Below are positions 1 to 9,883 of a stretch of DNA of 64,000 nucleotides, piece by piece (position 1 is the stretch's first letter; every line of letters begins with the position of its first letter). The stretch spans positions 796 to 64,795 of the forward strand of contig QHBU01000130.1 in NCBI GenBank assembly GCA_003244045.1, read 5' to 3'. Origin of the DNA: Candidatus Aeolococcus gillhamiae (GTDB taxonomy: Bacteria; Chloroflexota; Dormibacteria; Aeolococcales; Aeolococcaceae). The notes beneath the pieces were generated by a model. It ran no database searches. It saw only the letters and a list, made by a program, of their open reading frames with translations, and had not been told where the DNA came from. Made by a program: the position numbers and the translations under genes.

Positions 1-118
1 CGTCACCATCATCCGCACCGACGCTCAGCAAGACGAGCAGTCCGGCGCCGATGTGCCCGACGGTCGAACCCTCGACCCTGACGGCGGCGCGGGCGGTGCG
101 CTGCACCACCGCCCTCAT
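1..118 (-). CDS. dtd: D-aminoacyl-tRNA deacylase, N-terminal fragment (continues beyond window start)
   Basis: It is absent from the ORF track because it has no stop in the window. The reverse-strand ATG at 118 reads [39 protein letters not shown], matching the conserved Dtd N-terminus (MRxVxQR..A.V.V.G...G.I..GLLVLLGV). The ATG overlaps the TGA of the upstream ORF (ATGA at 115-118). Confidence 0.7.
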   Translation of the reverse strand, partial: MRAVVQRTARAAVRVEGSTVGHIGAGLLVLLSVGADDGD

Positions 119-750
119 GCCCGATCGTCGGAAGGCATGGCCCGGAAGCCACGGAAGATGCGCATCGCTTCAGCCTCAGCGTCGAGGAAGGACTCATCGA
201 CGACGCGGATGTCGTGCACGATGAAGCTCCAACTGCTGTCTCCGTGGTCGCCGATGCGTTGCCCGAACGCGGAACTCCGCCCGTGGGGCGGGATCATCTC
301 CATGCGTGATCCATCCGGCATGCGCCGATAGATGACGCGGCGCACGAGAATGCTCTCCAGCGCGAGCCCGTTGCGCAGGCGACCGCTGACGAGCACGACG
401 TGGCGCAGCTTGGCGATGGGGTTGTCCGGGTCACGCAGCTCGACGTCGGCTGCCAGGTGCTCAGACACAGCGCGGGCGATGAACGCGAGCGCAAGCGCAT
501 CAGCCTCGTCACCGGCAATCCTCACGAACCCGGCGGCTGACAGCGGGCGCTCCTCGCCCGCCACTCGCGCCTCCTCCTGCGCGTTGTCGAAGAAGAGCTG
601 GGGCAGCAGGTCGCGCGAGAACGAATCGGCGAGCCAGGGTGTGCCGTCACGCCACTCACGGCCGCTCACGAGACCGCCGAATCGCTCCTGCAGCAGCTCG
701 CGCGCCTCGAGGGGAACCCGTCGCACGCGTACCTGGATGACCCGGCTCAT
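115..750 (-). CDS. hypothetical protein (211 aa), translationally coupled to dtd
   Basis: ORF 115..750 has high third-position GC and no family I recognise. Its stop overlaps the dtd start. Confidence 0.6.
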   Translation of the reverse strand: MSRVIQVRVRRVPLEARELLQERFGGLVSGREWRDGTPWLADSFSRDLLPQLFFDNAQEEARVAGEERPLSAAGFVRIAGDEADALALAFIARAVSEHLAADVELRDPDNPIAKLRHVVLVSGRLRNGLALESILVRRVIYRRMPDGSRMEMIPPHGRSSAFGQRIGDHGDSSWSFIVHDIRVVDESFLDAEAEAMRIFRGFRAMPSDDRA

Positions 751-833
751 CGCTCGATTGTAGGAGGGCCGCCGGCCTGCAGCCGGTCGGGCACAGGGAG
801 GGTGCGGTAACCCCCGCTACACTACCCGACCGC

Positions 834-906
834 GCCGAGGTAGCTCAGTTGGTAGAGCACAGGTCTGAAAAACCTGGTGTCGACAGTTCGATCCTGTCCC
901 TCGGCA
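834..906 (+). tRNA. tRNA-Phe (anticodon GAA)
   Basis: The 73-nt cloverleaf was folded by hand. The acceptor stem GCCGAGG pairs with CCTCGGC, with discriminator A. The D-arm is TAGCTCAGTTGGTAGAGCA. The anticodon stem CAGGT/ACCTG carries the loop CT-GAA-AA. The T-arm is GACAG-TTCGATC-CTGTC. CCA is not encoded. Confidence 0.95.
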
Positions 907-923
907 CGCCACAACCTGATGCG

Positions 924-2465
924 CTAGCCGATGGGGAATCCGTTCCTCACAAAGACCATCAGGCTGCCCGTCTTCACGCTGCTGAAGTCGTCCGCAATTT
1001 CGGCGCGGAGGGCTGGCACCAAAGGGATTCTGCCATTGCGGATGGAGTACAGCACCAGGTAATCAGCGTTCTCGATGGCATGCTGCCACACTGCCACCGC
1101 GGCGGCGGTGCGGCCGCCGTTGGAGATGGTGGTGCCGTATGGGTCGGTGATGTTGTCGGCACAACCGGGCCGGTCGGAGACGAAGCGATTGATCGTGATC
1201 AGGTATGCGGCGCTGTCGGACAGGGCGCACGAGTGCGCGGGGATGACGGCGCCCACGGTGGAGGTCAGGTCCGTCCCGTGGAGCCCGCTCACCACCCGCA
1301 CCTGGTTGGCGGCAAGTGCGAGAACCCCGACTGCCGCCACGGCCATCGCGACGCGGCGAGTCGCCCGCGCCGCGACCAACCCCACTCCGCAGCCCACCGC
1401 CATCGCCGCGAAGGGCGCGAAAAACGCCGAATAGTGATCGTAGAACTCCGCCGGGGCCATGAGCAGGACCCCGATTCCAAGCATGGATCCGAACACGAAC
1501 GACTCAAAGGTGGTCGGGTGTCCCCCGCGCCACACAACGGTTGCGATCGTCAGCGCGATGAGCGCCGCCAGCAGGACGATGGCAACGCCGAGGCTCGACC
1601 CCGCGTTGGGGGTGAGAGATGAGGATCCGGTGAGGTCGCCAAGACGAGTGCCCACGCCGACGCGTCCCGATCCCGCGATCCGGCCCAGCTGGGTCGACAC
1701 CACCTCGCGATAGAACGAAGCCGGCGCGAGCAGCGCAAACGGTAGCGTGGGAAGCGCAAAGCCGAGGGCCACGCCGCTCGCGAACGGCATGAGCCGGCGG
1801 CGGACCTGCGGCAAACAGAGCACGATGATCGCCAGAACGGGAATCAGCGCCCACCCCTTGATGGAGCCTGCGAAGCCGAACGCCAACCCTCCCATGACCA
1901 GGCTCCGGGTTCGACTGGTGAACCGGTCGCCGTCAAAGATCCGCACGGCGCCGACCAGGCAGAATAGATCGAGGAACGGCTCGAGCAGGAGCGTGTGCGT
2001 CGCATGAATCTCTGCCGGGAAGACCGTCATCACCCCGGTTGTCACCAGGGTTGCGACCGGACCGCGATGGCGTACCAGCACCCCAACCAGCACGACGTTG
2101 AGCGCGGCCACCATAGGCATCAAGATCCGCGCGACGGCGAGCGAAGCGTCGGTTCCCATGAGGTGGGACAGCAGCGCGACCGGACTGGCGAGGAGCGTGA
2201 AACCGGGTGGCTGGACCAGCACAAAGTCGCGATACGGCAGGGCGCCGTTGACGAGGCGGATGGCCGAGCCGAAGTACGCGCCGTCGTCGTACTCGCTGAC
2301 CCCGAACAGCATGTTGGGGCGACTCAGCTGGTACAAGCCCAGCGCCAGCGCAAGCGCGGCCATCGCCACGATGATGCCCCGGGTCAGCTGCGTGCTCCGC
2401 TCGCGTGGCCGCTCGAACGGGGCCGACGGGTTACTGGCTGGGCGAGGCTCGATGGCGCTGTCCAC
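924..2465 (-). CDS. GT-C fold membrane glycosyltransferase (DUF2029/GT87-like, polyprenyl-phosphate-sugar dependent)
   Basis: This is ORF 924..2522, a multi-TM protein. The motif LYQLSRPNMLFGVSEYDDGAYFGSAIRLVNGALPYRDFVLVQPPG is typical of actinobacterial DUF2029 mannosyl/arabinosyltransferases. I prefer GTG 2465 (1 nt after the upstream TAG at 2467-2469) over ATG 2522, which would give a 56-nt overlap. Confidence 0.7.
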   Translation of the reverse strand: MDSAIEPRPASNPSAPFERPRERSTQLTRGIIVAMAALALALGLYQLSRPNMLFGVSEYDDGAYFGSAIRLVNGALPYRDFVLVQPPGFTLLASPVALLSHLMGTDASLAVARILMPMVAALNVVLVGVLVRHRGPVATLVTTGVMTVFPAEIHATHTLLLEPFLDLFCLVGAVRIFDGDRFTSRTRSLVMGGLAFGFAGSIKGWALIPVLAIIVLCLPQVRRRLMPFASGVALGFALPTLPFALLAPASFYREVVSTQLGRIAGSGRVGVGTRLGDLTGSSSLTPNAGSSLGVAIVLLAALIALTIATVVWRGGHPTTFESFVFGSMLGIGVLLMAPAEFYDHYSAFFAPFAAMAVGCGVGLVAARATRRVAMAVAAVGVLALAANQVRVVSGLHGTDLTSTVGAVIPAHSCALSDSAAYLITINRFVSDRPGCADNITDPYGTTISNGGRTAAAVAVWQHAIENADYLVLYSIRNGRIPLVPALRAEIADDFSSVKTGSLMVFVRNGFPIG

Positions 2466-2466
2466 G

Positions 2467-3654
2467 CTAATTGCCGGCCCCGACCGCGACGTGAGCGGCC
2501 GCCGCGCCCGCCTGCGGAGCACCGCCGGCCTTCCCGATCGAACTGCGGGTGTGTTCGCTGAGGATCATGCAGGCCAGCGTAGCCGCGACGGCAAGCGCCA
2601 ACACGACGTTGAGCGCGACCGGTTGCACGCCAAATGGATGGTAGTGGGCGTTGACCAGCATGCCTGCGAGAGTGACCTCCGCGATCAGCAACCACGCCGC
2701 CCGGGAGCGGCGCCCGGCGCCGACGATAATCAGGAATGGCAGCGGCCAGATCAGGTACTGCTCGATGACCTGCTTGCTGAGCAGGAGGAACGCGACCAGT
2801 GTCGCCGCTGCCGCCAGGGCGAGATCGTCGACCAAGGCGATGGCGGCCGCCGCCACCACGAAGACGCCGAGCAGGACATCGCCCGTGCCGACCTGGAGCC
2901 CGGCGGGGAAGCCGTGGAGAACTACCTGCCAGGACAATCCTCCGGGGAGCTTGTCAGCGCTGTAGAGCAGGTCGGTCGCGAACGCTGCAGGGCTGGTGAT
3001 GAGGTAGGGCGCCGCCACAACGAAGAGGACGCCGGCGACCGTGACGAGCCGGCGCGCGATCCCGCTGCGGTTGTGCCGGGCGAGCCAGGGCAGCAGGAAG
3101 ATGGGGAAGGTCTTGGCGGCGATCGCCAGCGCATAGCAGATCGAGAAGCGCCCAGTCGCCGTTTGGTCTCTCTGATAGGCGCGAAAGGCCAGCAGCAACA
3201 GCGCCAGACAGACGCTGTCGAACCGCCCGTAGAACGCGCCGTTGTAGAGCACCAGCGGATTGAGGAAGAGCACCGCCGCCGCGATGGCCTGCAGCCGCGT
3301 GGTGACGTCCAGCCGCTTCAGCTCGCCCACGACGAGAAGGGTGGCCAGCAGGTCGGCAGCAACGATCGGCAGCTTGCCGAGGATGGTGAACGACACACCT
3401 GTGTGCAGGGCAAGCCACTGCATGGGCAGCTCGACATAGAGGAACAGGGGGAAGTACGGGTATGGGCCCCCGCTGTACGCTGGGTGATGGGCGTACACGT
3501 TGACCCCGTCGAGGGTCGCGCGCGAGGCGAGGTCCCAGACCGTGAAATCGGATCCGTGGGTGATGGGAACCAGGACGGCTCGCGTCACCAACCCGACGAT
3601 GAGGACAGCCGTCACTGGGCCGAGACGATGGCCCCGCTGCAGAGCGGATCCCAT
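2467..3654 (-). CDS. GT-C fold membrane glycosyltransferase (DUF2029/GT87-like)
   Basis: This is the C-terminal 395 aa of ORF 2467..4386. It starts MGSALQRGHRLGPVTAVLIVGLV and contains VYAHHPAYSGGPYPYFPLFLYVELP and KLPIVAADLL. The ATG at 3654 overlaps the upstream TGA by 1 nt (TGATG). Confidence 0.75.
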   Translation of the reverse strand: MGSALQRGHRLGPVTAVLIVGLVTRAVLVPITHGSDFTVWDLASRATLDGVNVYAHHPAYSGGPYPYFPLFLYVELPMQWLALHTGVSFTILGKLPIVAADLLATLLVVGELKRLDVTTRLQAIAAAVLFLNPLVLYNGAFYGRFDSVCLALLLLAFRAYQRDQTATGRFSICYALAIAAKTFPIFLLPWLARHNRSGIARRLVTVAGVLFVVAAPYLITSPAAFATDLLYSADKLPGGLSWQVVLHGFPAGLQVGTGDVLLGVFVVAAAAIALVDDLALAAAATLVAFLLLSKQVIEQYLIWPLPFLIIVGAGRRSRAAWLLIAEVTLAGMLVNAHYHPFGVQPVALNVVLALAVAATLACMILSEHTRSSIGKAGGAPQAGAAAAHVAVGAGN

Positions 3655-5081
3655 CAGCCGCACCCGGGAGCGATGTACAGGGAACGCGAGGCGCCGAGGT
3701 CCACGACCACCGGGTACCGTCGCGACACCCATGCCGTGAAGCCGGGGAGATGCGCGAATCGCCCGCTCGAGAACAGCACGGCGCAGACAGGCCGTGAGCC
3801 GTCGGCGACAGCCTCCAGCCCCTGCAGCGCGCCCGGTTCCGCATACAGGCGGGTGTTCGAGGTGTCGACGTACCCGGGCGGCGCCGCGCGATGCGCGAGT
3901 GCCTGCACGTACTGATCGTCGCCAACAAGCTGAGCCGACGCGGACGTGTGCGCACCGAGAGCACTCGCCAGCGCGCGGAAATCGGTGGTCGGTTGCAGCC
4001 CGCGGAGGCCGGACCAGAGGAAGAGCCCCGCGGCCGCCATGAGCCCCGCGGCGAACGCCGCGGTGGCGGCCCGGACGTGGCGACGTGTCAGTCGGCCGAG
4101 CCACTCGAATGCGGCCGACACGCCGGCGGCGGAGAGCAGCGCGTAGGCAGGCGACATCACCACCGCGTGGTGGGGCCAGAGGGGATGCGTGACCGACATC
4201 GCCAGCAGCGCGCCCGTCAGCCACACCACGCCGGTGGTCACCAAGAGGCGATGTCGCCGCCAGCCGATCACTGCCCCCACCAGCGCCACCACGGCAAGGT
4301 GCCAGCGAATCCTTAGGGCGTCGAGCACGCTGATGCCGGACGTCGCCGACCGAGTGTCGAGGTGCAGTCCGACCGACTGGTTCCACATCGCCTGCCAGGC
4401 GTCGTGCAGTGGGAGCAGGGTCGCCGCGGCGGCGAGCAGGCCGCCTACGATCGCGGCCGGCAGCAACCGGCGCCCGGCGCCGCGACTGGCCAGCACCACC
4501 AACAGGGGCGGGACGATGGCGACATCGAGGAGCTTGGTGAGGAAGCCGAGCGCCAGGACGGTTCCGGCCAGCGCCGCCGCCAGGGTGCGCCAGCGCGGGC
4601 CTCTCAAGGTCAGGGCGAGCGCACCGAGGGCGACCGCCGCCACGCCCAGCGCAGTCGCCGGCCCGTCAGCCTGAAGGATCACGGACTGGCGGACCATCAT
4701 GGGGTCGACCGCGAGGGTCCCCGCAGCGGCCAGCGCCGCCACACGACCGCCCAGGCGCCAGCCGATCACGCCGCCGCTCACCACCGCGATCGCGCCCCAG
4801 GCCAGCATGACCGCGCGCGCGGCGACGATGCCGCCGCCGAGCAGCGCCCAGGGCGGCTCGGTGAACAGCAGGAACGCAGGAGGCTGCGAGCTGTACACCG
4901 ATGCGTACAGTGCATGACCGCTCTGCATGGTTTGCATCGACAGCCAATACACGCCCTCGTCCCAGTCGATCTCGCCGACTCCCAGGACGGGCAGGCGGCT
5001 CGCCACGGTGATCACCACAACGATGCCGATGCCCAGCAGCATGAGCGCCTGCGGCCGATTCCGGTCGAACCACGATCGCAT
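3654..5081 (-). CDS. ArnT/PMT-like (GT39/GT83-type) membrane glycosyltransferase
   Basis: This is the C-terminal 475 aa of ORF 3654..5510. It starts MRSWFDRNRPQALMLLGIGIVVV and contains IDWDEGVYWLSMQTMQSGHALYASVYSSQPPAFLLF, the D-E-x-x-Y plus PP motif of the family. The ATG at 5081 overlaps the ppm1 TGA by 1 nt. Confidence 0.75.
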   Translation of the reverse strand: MRSWFDRNRPQALMLLGIGIVVVITVASRLPVLGVGEIDWDEGVYWLSMQTMQSGHALYASVYSSQPPAFLLFTEPPWALLGGGIVAARAVMLAWGAIAVVSGGVIGWRLGGRVAALAAAGTLAVDPMMVRQSVILQADGPATALGVAAVALGALALTLRGPRWRTLAAALAGTVLALGFLTKLLDVAIVPPLLVVLASRGAGRRLLPAAIVGGLLAAAATLLPLHDAWQAMWNQSVGLHLDTRSATSGISVLDALRIRWHLAVVALVGAVIGWRRHRLLVTTGVVWLTGALLAMSVTHPLWPHHAVVMSPAYALLSAAGVSAAFEWLGRLTRRHVRAATAAFAAGLMAAAGLFLWSGLRGLQPTTDFRALASALGAHTSASAQLVGDDQYVQALAHRAAPPGYVDTSNTRLYAEPGALQGLEAVADGSRPVCAVLFSSGRFAHLPGFTAWVSRRYPVVVDLGASRSLYIAPGCG

Positions 5082-5920
5082 CAGCGCGACTTGCCGGCAG
5101 CCACCTCGGCACGGTCGCGAACCGCTGCCGGCACCAGGCGCAAGCGCAGCTTCAGCACCATGATCATTGCCTCGGGGATCATGCCGATCCGCATCTTCGA
5201 CAGCCCGTGGGCGCGATCGTTGAACGTGATCGGAATCTCGACGACTCGCTGGCCGGCTCGTTTGATCGCCCAGTCGAGTTCGATCAGGAACCCGTAGCCA
5301 CTCGAGCGGATGCGGCTGAAGTCCATCACTCGCAGCGCCTCGGTGCGCATGCAGCGATAGCCACTGGTGCAGTCGTGCATCGGCAGACCGAGCACGGCGC
5401 GCGCCCAGATGCAGGCGCTTGCGGTCAACGCGACTCGCCACACGGGACGACCGACGACACGACCACCCGGGACGCGACGCGAGCCGATCGCCACGTCGGC
5501 GGTTGCGCACGCCGCGATCAACGCTGGGAGCGCCTCGGGGGGATGCGACAGATCCGCGTCCATCTCGATGGCCAGCTCATAGCCGTGCTCGAACGCGTGC
5601 GCGTAGCCGCGGAACAGCGCGCTGGCCAGCCCCGCTTTGCCCGCGCGGTGGATCACCTGGAGTCGCGGTTCGCGATCGGCAATCCGGTCGGCGACCGCGC
5701 CGGTCCCGTCGGGCGAGTTGTCATCGACGACCAGCACGTCGATGTCCGTCGCGGCCCAGATCCGCTCGAGGACGATGGGCAGGTTCCCGCGCTCGTTGTA
5801 GGTGGCAAGCACGACGAGCGCAGTCCGCCGCGGCACGGACCGCCCTGCCACGCCGCCCGGATCCGGGTGCGCCGTCTCCTCGCTGGGCGCGGTCACCTGG
5901 CCCCGGTCACTCGACGGCAT
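5081..5920 (-). CDS. ppm1: polyprenol-monophosphomannose synthase (GT2, DPM1/Ppm1 catalytic-domain type)
   Basis: This lies in ORF 5081..6052 and I start it at M45 (ATG 5920). The sequence ATYNERGNLP..VLVVDDNSPDGTG..EMDADLSHPP..AIGSR...SGYRCMRTEAL..GYGFLIELDW..EIPITFNDRAHGLSKM follows M. tuberculosis Ppm1-D2/DPM1 motifs. Confidence 0.85.
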   Translation of the reverse strand: MPSSDRGQVTAPSEETAHPDPGGVAGRSVPRRTALVVLATYNERGNLPIVLERIWAATDIDVLVVDDNSPDGTGAVADRIADREPRLQVIHRAGKAGLASALFRGYAHAFEHGYELAIEMDADLSHPPEALPALIAACATADVAIGSRRVPGGRVVGRPVWRVALTASACIWARAVLGLPMHDCTSGYRCMRTEALRVMDFSRIRSSGYGFLIELDWAIKRAGQRVVEIPITFNDRAHGLSKMRIGMIPEAMIMVLKLRLRLVPAAVRDRAEVAAGKSR

Positions 5921-5969
5921 CGGGCGACTCTGACAGGTGGTTCGATTGCCTTGACCCTCAGGGCGCGGT

Positions 5970-6389
5970 TCAGGCGGAGACGGCCACCTCGCCCGCGGAC
6001 GCGCCCACGGCGAGCTCGCGTGCCCTGGCCAGCGCGGCGTCGACGCCGCCACCGAGCGGGGCCACGCCGGCCCGCAGCGTGTCCTGAAGGCCCAGCCTGC
6101 TCATCTGCTGGAGAAGCCGTCGCGCGGCCACCTGTCCGGACGCGACACCGCCCTCGCGGATGAGCAGCGCGGCGGCGCCACCCTCGAGGATGGTCACGGG
6201 CTCGTTGGCGCGGGCGTAGGCGATCACCAGGGCTGCATACCCGGAGCGGGCGGTCGCGGGGATGGACTCGTCGATGACGAAAAGGCAGCAGGCCCCCTCC
6301 CCGGTCACCGCCCCGGCTGCGGCCAGGAATCGGTCGTGGCCAACCGCCCACGGCAGCTGGGAGATGGGCGGCAACTCCATCGACGGCAT
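5970..6389 (-). CDS. hypothetical protein (139 aa)
   Basis: The ORF starts 4 nt after the receiver gene stop and belongs to no recognised family. Its coding-like composition and operon position support it. Confidence 0.55.
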   Translation of the reverse strand: MPSMELPPISQLPWAVGHDRFLAAAGAVTGEGACCLFVIDESIPATARSGYAALVIAYARANEPVTILEGGAAALLIREGGVASGQVAARRLLQQMSRLGLQDTLRAGVAPLGGGVDAALARARELAVGASAGEVAVSA

Positions 6390-6393
6390 CCGG

Positions 6394-6828
6394 TCAGGTG
6401 ACCAGAAGGCCGGCGCTGAGCACGTTGAGCGCGGCCAGTCGTGCTGCCGGCGCGCTGGCCGTGTCCTTGGACCAGCTGATCAGCAGGCCGACGGCCTCGA
6501 GCAGCTCGCGCAGGCGCAGTGGCTTGGGCAGCGCGCTGACACCGTCGCGCATCACCAGCGGGTGGCGCAGCGACCCGCTGACGAAGCAGATGCCACTGCG
6601 GGTCGCTTTGGGGTGGACGATGAGTTGCTTGGCGAGCTCGATGCCGTGGGTGTCGGGGAGTAGGCCGTCGAGGAGGATCGCGCCGAAGCGACGAGCGTCG
6701 ACGGCGCGCAGCGCGTCCTTGCCGGTCGCGCATGCATCCACGTCAGCGTAGATGCCGGCGAGGGCCCGGCAAAGGAACGAACGGACCAGGTCGTCATCCT
6801 CGACAACCAGGATCGGCGAGTTGTCCAC
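6394..6828 (-). CDS. single-domain response regulator (CheY-like receiver, no output domain)
   Basis: [15 protein letters not shown] (acidic pocket), ILLDGLLPD (phospho-acceptor Asp) and ALPKPL (conserved Lys) are all present. The protein is 144 aa with a GTG start. Confidence 0.85.
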   Translation of the reverse strand: MDNSPILVVEDDDLVRSFLCRALAGIYADVDACATGKDALRAVDARRFGAILLDGLLPDTHGIELAKQLIVHPKATRSGICFVSGSLRHPLVMRDGVSALPKPLRLRELLEAVGLLISWSKDTASAPAARLAALNVLSAGLLVT

Positions 6829-6846
6829 GTCGGTGATCCTACTGGC

Positions 6847-7824
6847 TCATTCCTGACGGTGCGGGCAGGAAACCAGATTGTGATGGCATCCGCACTGCGG
6901 TCGATGCTCGTCGATTGCGATCTCACCATCGGACACGACGATGCCTGGCAGCCCTGCTGCGGGCGCACCGCTGTGCGCCGCGAGCACATATGCGATGCGG
7001 CCGTCGATCACCGTCCACGCGGGCATGTTGGGCACGCCCGCGCGGATGAGGCGCAGGCCCGCGTCGACGGATGGCGCGTTGTCGATGTGGCGGTGACCGA
7101 CGGACGGCGCGTAGGTGGCGCCGGTCAGATCGATTGGCTCGCCGGGCGAATCTGCGAGCAGCCGGTTCACCGCCTCGCCGAGCACCTCAGTTCCCAACTC
7201 GCAGAGACGTCGCGTCAGCGTCCCCGACGTGTCGCTCGGCGAGACCTCGACGGTGCGTTGGGCGAGCATCGGCCCCGCGTCCACCTTGGGCACAGCCCGG
7301 TGCAGGGTGATCCCGGCGATCGGGTCACCGTCGGCGATGGTCCAGTACACGGGCTCGGGCCCGCGGCGCGCCGGGAGCGCGCTGGGATGGATGTTGATCC
7401 AGCCGTGCTTGGGGACCGCCAGAGCGCGCGAGTGGATGATCTGGTCAAAGCTGGCCATGACCACGCCGTCGAGGCGCAGCGCGGCCAGGTCGAGGATGGA
7501 ATGCTCGTCGTTGACGCGCCACGCGCGCAGGAGCGGGATCTCGAGGTGATCGGCGATCCTGCTGAGCGCGTTGTCGCCGAGGATCGCCTCGTGCGCGCCG
7601 GGCGAGGTGAGGATGCCGACCACCTGCACGTCGAGCTCCAGCAGCGCGAGAAGGAACGCCAGGCTGTAGTCGGACGGAAAGCCCGCGAACAGGATCCGCG
7701 CCTGCCCGGACTGCGCGGCCGTGCCCTCCAGGGCAGGCATGTTGCGGTCGGGGATGAAGGAGAACTCCGTTCGCTCCCACAGTGTGCGCCGGACCTCGGC
7801 CAGCGCGGGAGAGAAGGTTGCCAC
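6847..7824 (-). CDS. formyltransferase family protein (Fmt/ArnA-N-like)
   Basis: [27 protein letters not shown] carries the N/H of the catalytic triad and the HxSLLPxxRG motif. [16 protein letters not shown] carries the catalytic Asp. The start is uncertain, because an internal M29 is also possible. Confidence 0.8.
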   Translation of the reverse strand: MATFSPALAEVRRTLWERTEFSFIPDRNMPALEGTAAQSGQARILFAGFPSDYSLAFLLALLELDVQVVGILTSPGAHEAILGDNALSRIADHLEIPLLRAWRVNDEHSILDLAALRLDGVVMASFDQIIHSRALAVPKHGWINIHPSALPARRGPEPVYWTIADGDPIAGITLHRAVPKVDAGPMLAQRTVEVSPSDTSGTLTRRLCELGTEVLGEAVNRLLADSPGEPIDLTGATYAPSVGHRHIDNAPSVDAGLRLIRAGVPNMPAWTVIDGRIAYVLAAHSGAPAAGLPGIVVSDGEIAIDEHRPQCGCHHNLVSCPHRQE

Positions 7825-7833
7825 CGCCGAATC

Positions 7834-8733
7834 CTACTGCCGCAGTGCCAATTCGCCCGCAATCAGCCCGTCAGCGATCAACCCGTCGAGCGCTGCGCGG
7901 ATGCGGTCAGCGGTCGCACCGGGTACGGCGCTGACTGCCATCGCCAGCTCGCCTGCAGTGGGTTGTGGGGTGCGCAGAGCCTGCTCGAGCAGCGCGCCGC
8001 GCAGCTGCCTGACGCTGCCGCGGTACGGCGCCTGGGGTGGTGCGGCCAAGGCCACCGCGCGGCCGCCAGCTCGCCAGGCGCAGGCCTCACGGAGCGGGCA
8101 CGCGGCGCAGTCGGGCCGGGCGCGGCAGAGCGTGGCGCCAACGTCGAACAGCGCGTAGCTGTAGTCGCGCATCGACATCGCAGGCGGCCGGCCCACGACC
8201 AGAGCGGTGTCGAGCAGCGCCGGCGCCACCTCATGTGGCTCGCACCCGAGGGCTGCGCGCGCGGCCACACGCCCGAGGTTGACGTCGCGAGGGGGCGCCT
8301 GCGCGTCCACGCCGAGGTCGCTGAACGCCAGCAGTGCCCGCGCCGTGTACACGCCGATCCCGGGCAGCGCGCGCAGACCCGTCTCGTCGCGGGGCCAACC
8401 GTGCTCGCTGACCGTCGCGGCCACCAGCCACAACGCTCGCGCCCGACGTGGATACCCCAGCCCGTGCCACTCGCGGAGCACCTCGTCGAGCGGATCGGCG
8501 GCACACGCCGCCGCGCTCGGCCAGCGCGTCATGAACCGGTCCCAGCGCGGCAGCACGCGCGCCACCGACGTCTGCTGGAGCATCACCTCGCTCACCAGCA
8601 CCGCCCAGGGGTCTGTGGTCAGCCGCCACGGCAGGTCGTGACGGCCGTTGGCCTGGAACCATTCCTGCAGGCCGGCGGTCCACACGGTGCCAGTGTCGCA
8701 GGAGACCAAGGGGGAACTGCGTCCTCCTCCCAT
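7834..8733 (-). CDS. mutY: A/G-specific adenine DNA glycosylase (actinobacterial short MutY type)
   Basis: This is the C-terminal 299 aa of the artefactually long ORF 7834..9705. It contains [16 protein letters not shown] (catalytic Glu), [17 protein letters not shown] (HhH) and DVNLGRV (Asp). It also has the Fe-S loop [16 protein letters not shown] and a [10 protein letters not shown] tail like Mtb MutY. The start at ATG 8733 is tentative. Confidence 0.8.
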   Translation of the reverse strand: MGGGRSSPLVSCDTGTVWTAGLQEWFQANGRHDLPWRLTTDPWAVLVSEVMLQQTSVARVLPRWDRFMTRWPSAAACAADPLDEVLREWHGLGYPRRARALWLVAATVSEHGWPRDETGLRALPGIGVYTARALLAFSDLGVDAQAPPRDVNLGRVAARAALGCEPHEVAPALLDTALVVGRPPAMSMRDYSYALFDVGATLCRARPDCAACPLREACAWRAGGRAVALAAPPQAPYRGSVRQLRGALLEQALRTPQPTAGELAMAVSAVPGATADRIRAALDGLIADGLIAGELALRQ

Positions 8734-8781
8734 CGCCTTCTGCGAGACTCCGCCGCGGAAAGAGACGAAGGAGGCAGTTCC

Positions 8782-9882
8782 ATGGCGCGCCACACCATCA
8801 CCCTGATCCCCGGTGACGGGATCGGTTACGAGGTCAGCGAGGCGGCGCGCCGGGTCATCGACGCCACCGGCGTGGACATCGAGTGGGAGGTGCAGAACGC
8901 CGGGCTCGACGTCGTCGAGGAGTTCGGGCAGCCCATGCCCGATCACGTCCTGGACTCGATCCGCAAGAACAAGGTGGCCATCAAAGGCCCGCTGACCACC
9001 CCGGTCGGCAAGGGCATCCGCAGTGTCAACGTGGCGCTGCGTCGCGAGCTCGACCTCTTCGCCCTGGTGCGTCCGTGCAAGTGGTACCCCGGGGTGCGCA
9101 GCCGCTACCAGGACGTCGACCTGGTGATCGTGCGTGAGAATACCGAGGACCTCTACGCTGGCATAGAGTTCGCGGAGGGTGAGAAGGACACGCTCGACCT
9201 CATCGAGAATATCGAGCGCCTCGGCGGCCGGCGCATCCGCGACGACTCCGGCATCAGCATCAAGCCCATCAGCGTCACGGCCACGCAGCGCGTCTTCCGC
9301 TTTGCCTTCAAGTGGGCGATCGACAACGGCCGCCGCAAGGTGACCGCCGTGCACAAGGCCAACATCATGAAGTTCACCGACGGGCTCTGGCTGCGCGTCG
9401 CCGAGGAGGTGGCCACGGAGTTCCCGCAGATGGAGTTCGAGGAGCGCATCGTCGACAACATGGCGATGCAGCTGGTGCAGAAGCCCGAGCTGTACGACGT
9501 GATGGTGATGCCCAACCTCTACGGCGACATCCTCAGCGACCTCTGCGCCGGCCTCGTCGGCGGCCTCGGCCTCGCGCCCGGTGCCAATACCGGCGATGAG
9601 ATAGCCGTCTTCGAGGCAACCCACGGAAGTGCGCCGAAGTACGCGGGCAAGAACGTCGCCAACCCGATGGCGATGATGCTGAGCGGCGTGCTCATGCTTC
9701 GACACATCGGCGAGAAGGAGGCCGGCGACCGCCTCGAGGCCGCGATCGCAGCCATCGTCGCCGACGGCAGCAATGTCACCTACGACATGAAGTCGAGCCG
9801 CGACGATCCCACCGCGGTGAGCACGTCGCAGGTGGCCGACGCCATCATCGCCGAGCTAGAGCGGGCCGCGGTCCCCTCCTGA
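8782..9882 (+). CDS. icd: isocitrate dehydrogenase (isocitrate/isopropylmalate dehydrogenase family)
   Basis: ATG 8782 is preceded by GAAGGAGG at 8767-8774. The sequence has [29 protein letters not shown] (close to E. coli Icd GIRSLNVALRQELDLY), [21 protein letters not shown] and [11 protein letters not shown]. The upstream part of ORF 6859..9882 is antisense to real genes. Confidence 0.9.
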   Translation: MARHTITLIPGDGIGYEVSEAARRVIDATGVDIEWEVQNAGLDVVEEFGQPMPDHVLDSIRKNKVAIKGPLTTPVGKGIRSVNVALRRELDLFALVRPCKWYPGVRSRYQDVDLVIVRENTEDLYAGIEFAEGEKDTLDLIENIERLGGRRIRDDSGISIKPISVTATQRVFRFAFKWAIDNGRRKVTAVHKANIMKFTDGLWLRVAEEVATEFPQMEFEERIVDNMAMQLVQKPELYDVMVMPNLYGDILSDLCAGLVGGLGLAPGANTGDEIAVFEATHGSAPKYAGKNVANPMAMMLSGVLMLRHIGEKEAGDRLEAAIAAIVADGSNVTYDMKSSRDDPTAVSTSQVADAIIAELERAAVPS

Positions 9883-9883
9883 G

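Noticed and set aside
834-906. tRNA-Phe as an integration site for a genomic island
   Set aside because: No integrase, direct repeat of the tRNA 3' end, or compositional shift is visible on either side. The flanking genes are ordinary housekeeping or cell-envelope genes.
2098-3915. 605-aa + strand ORF (and similar long ORFs 3891..4316 and 4362..5297) overlapping the GT-C genes
   Set aside because: Translations are Arg/Gly/Asp-rich low-complexity sequence with no motifs. They lie antisense to clearly recognisable membrane glycosyltransferases. This is the typical shadow-ORF artefact of high-GC DNA.
6859-8781. N-terminal 640 codons of the 1007-aa ORF 6859..9882
   Set aside because: Only the last 366 codons (from ATG 8782, with a strong GAAGGAGG SD) are isocitrate dehydrogenase. 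The upstream part is antisense to the formyltransferase and mutY genes and looks like nonsense.
8734-9705. Upper part of the 623-aa minus ORF 7834..9705
   Set aside because: It is antisense to icd. MutY homology starts only near 8733.
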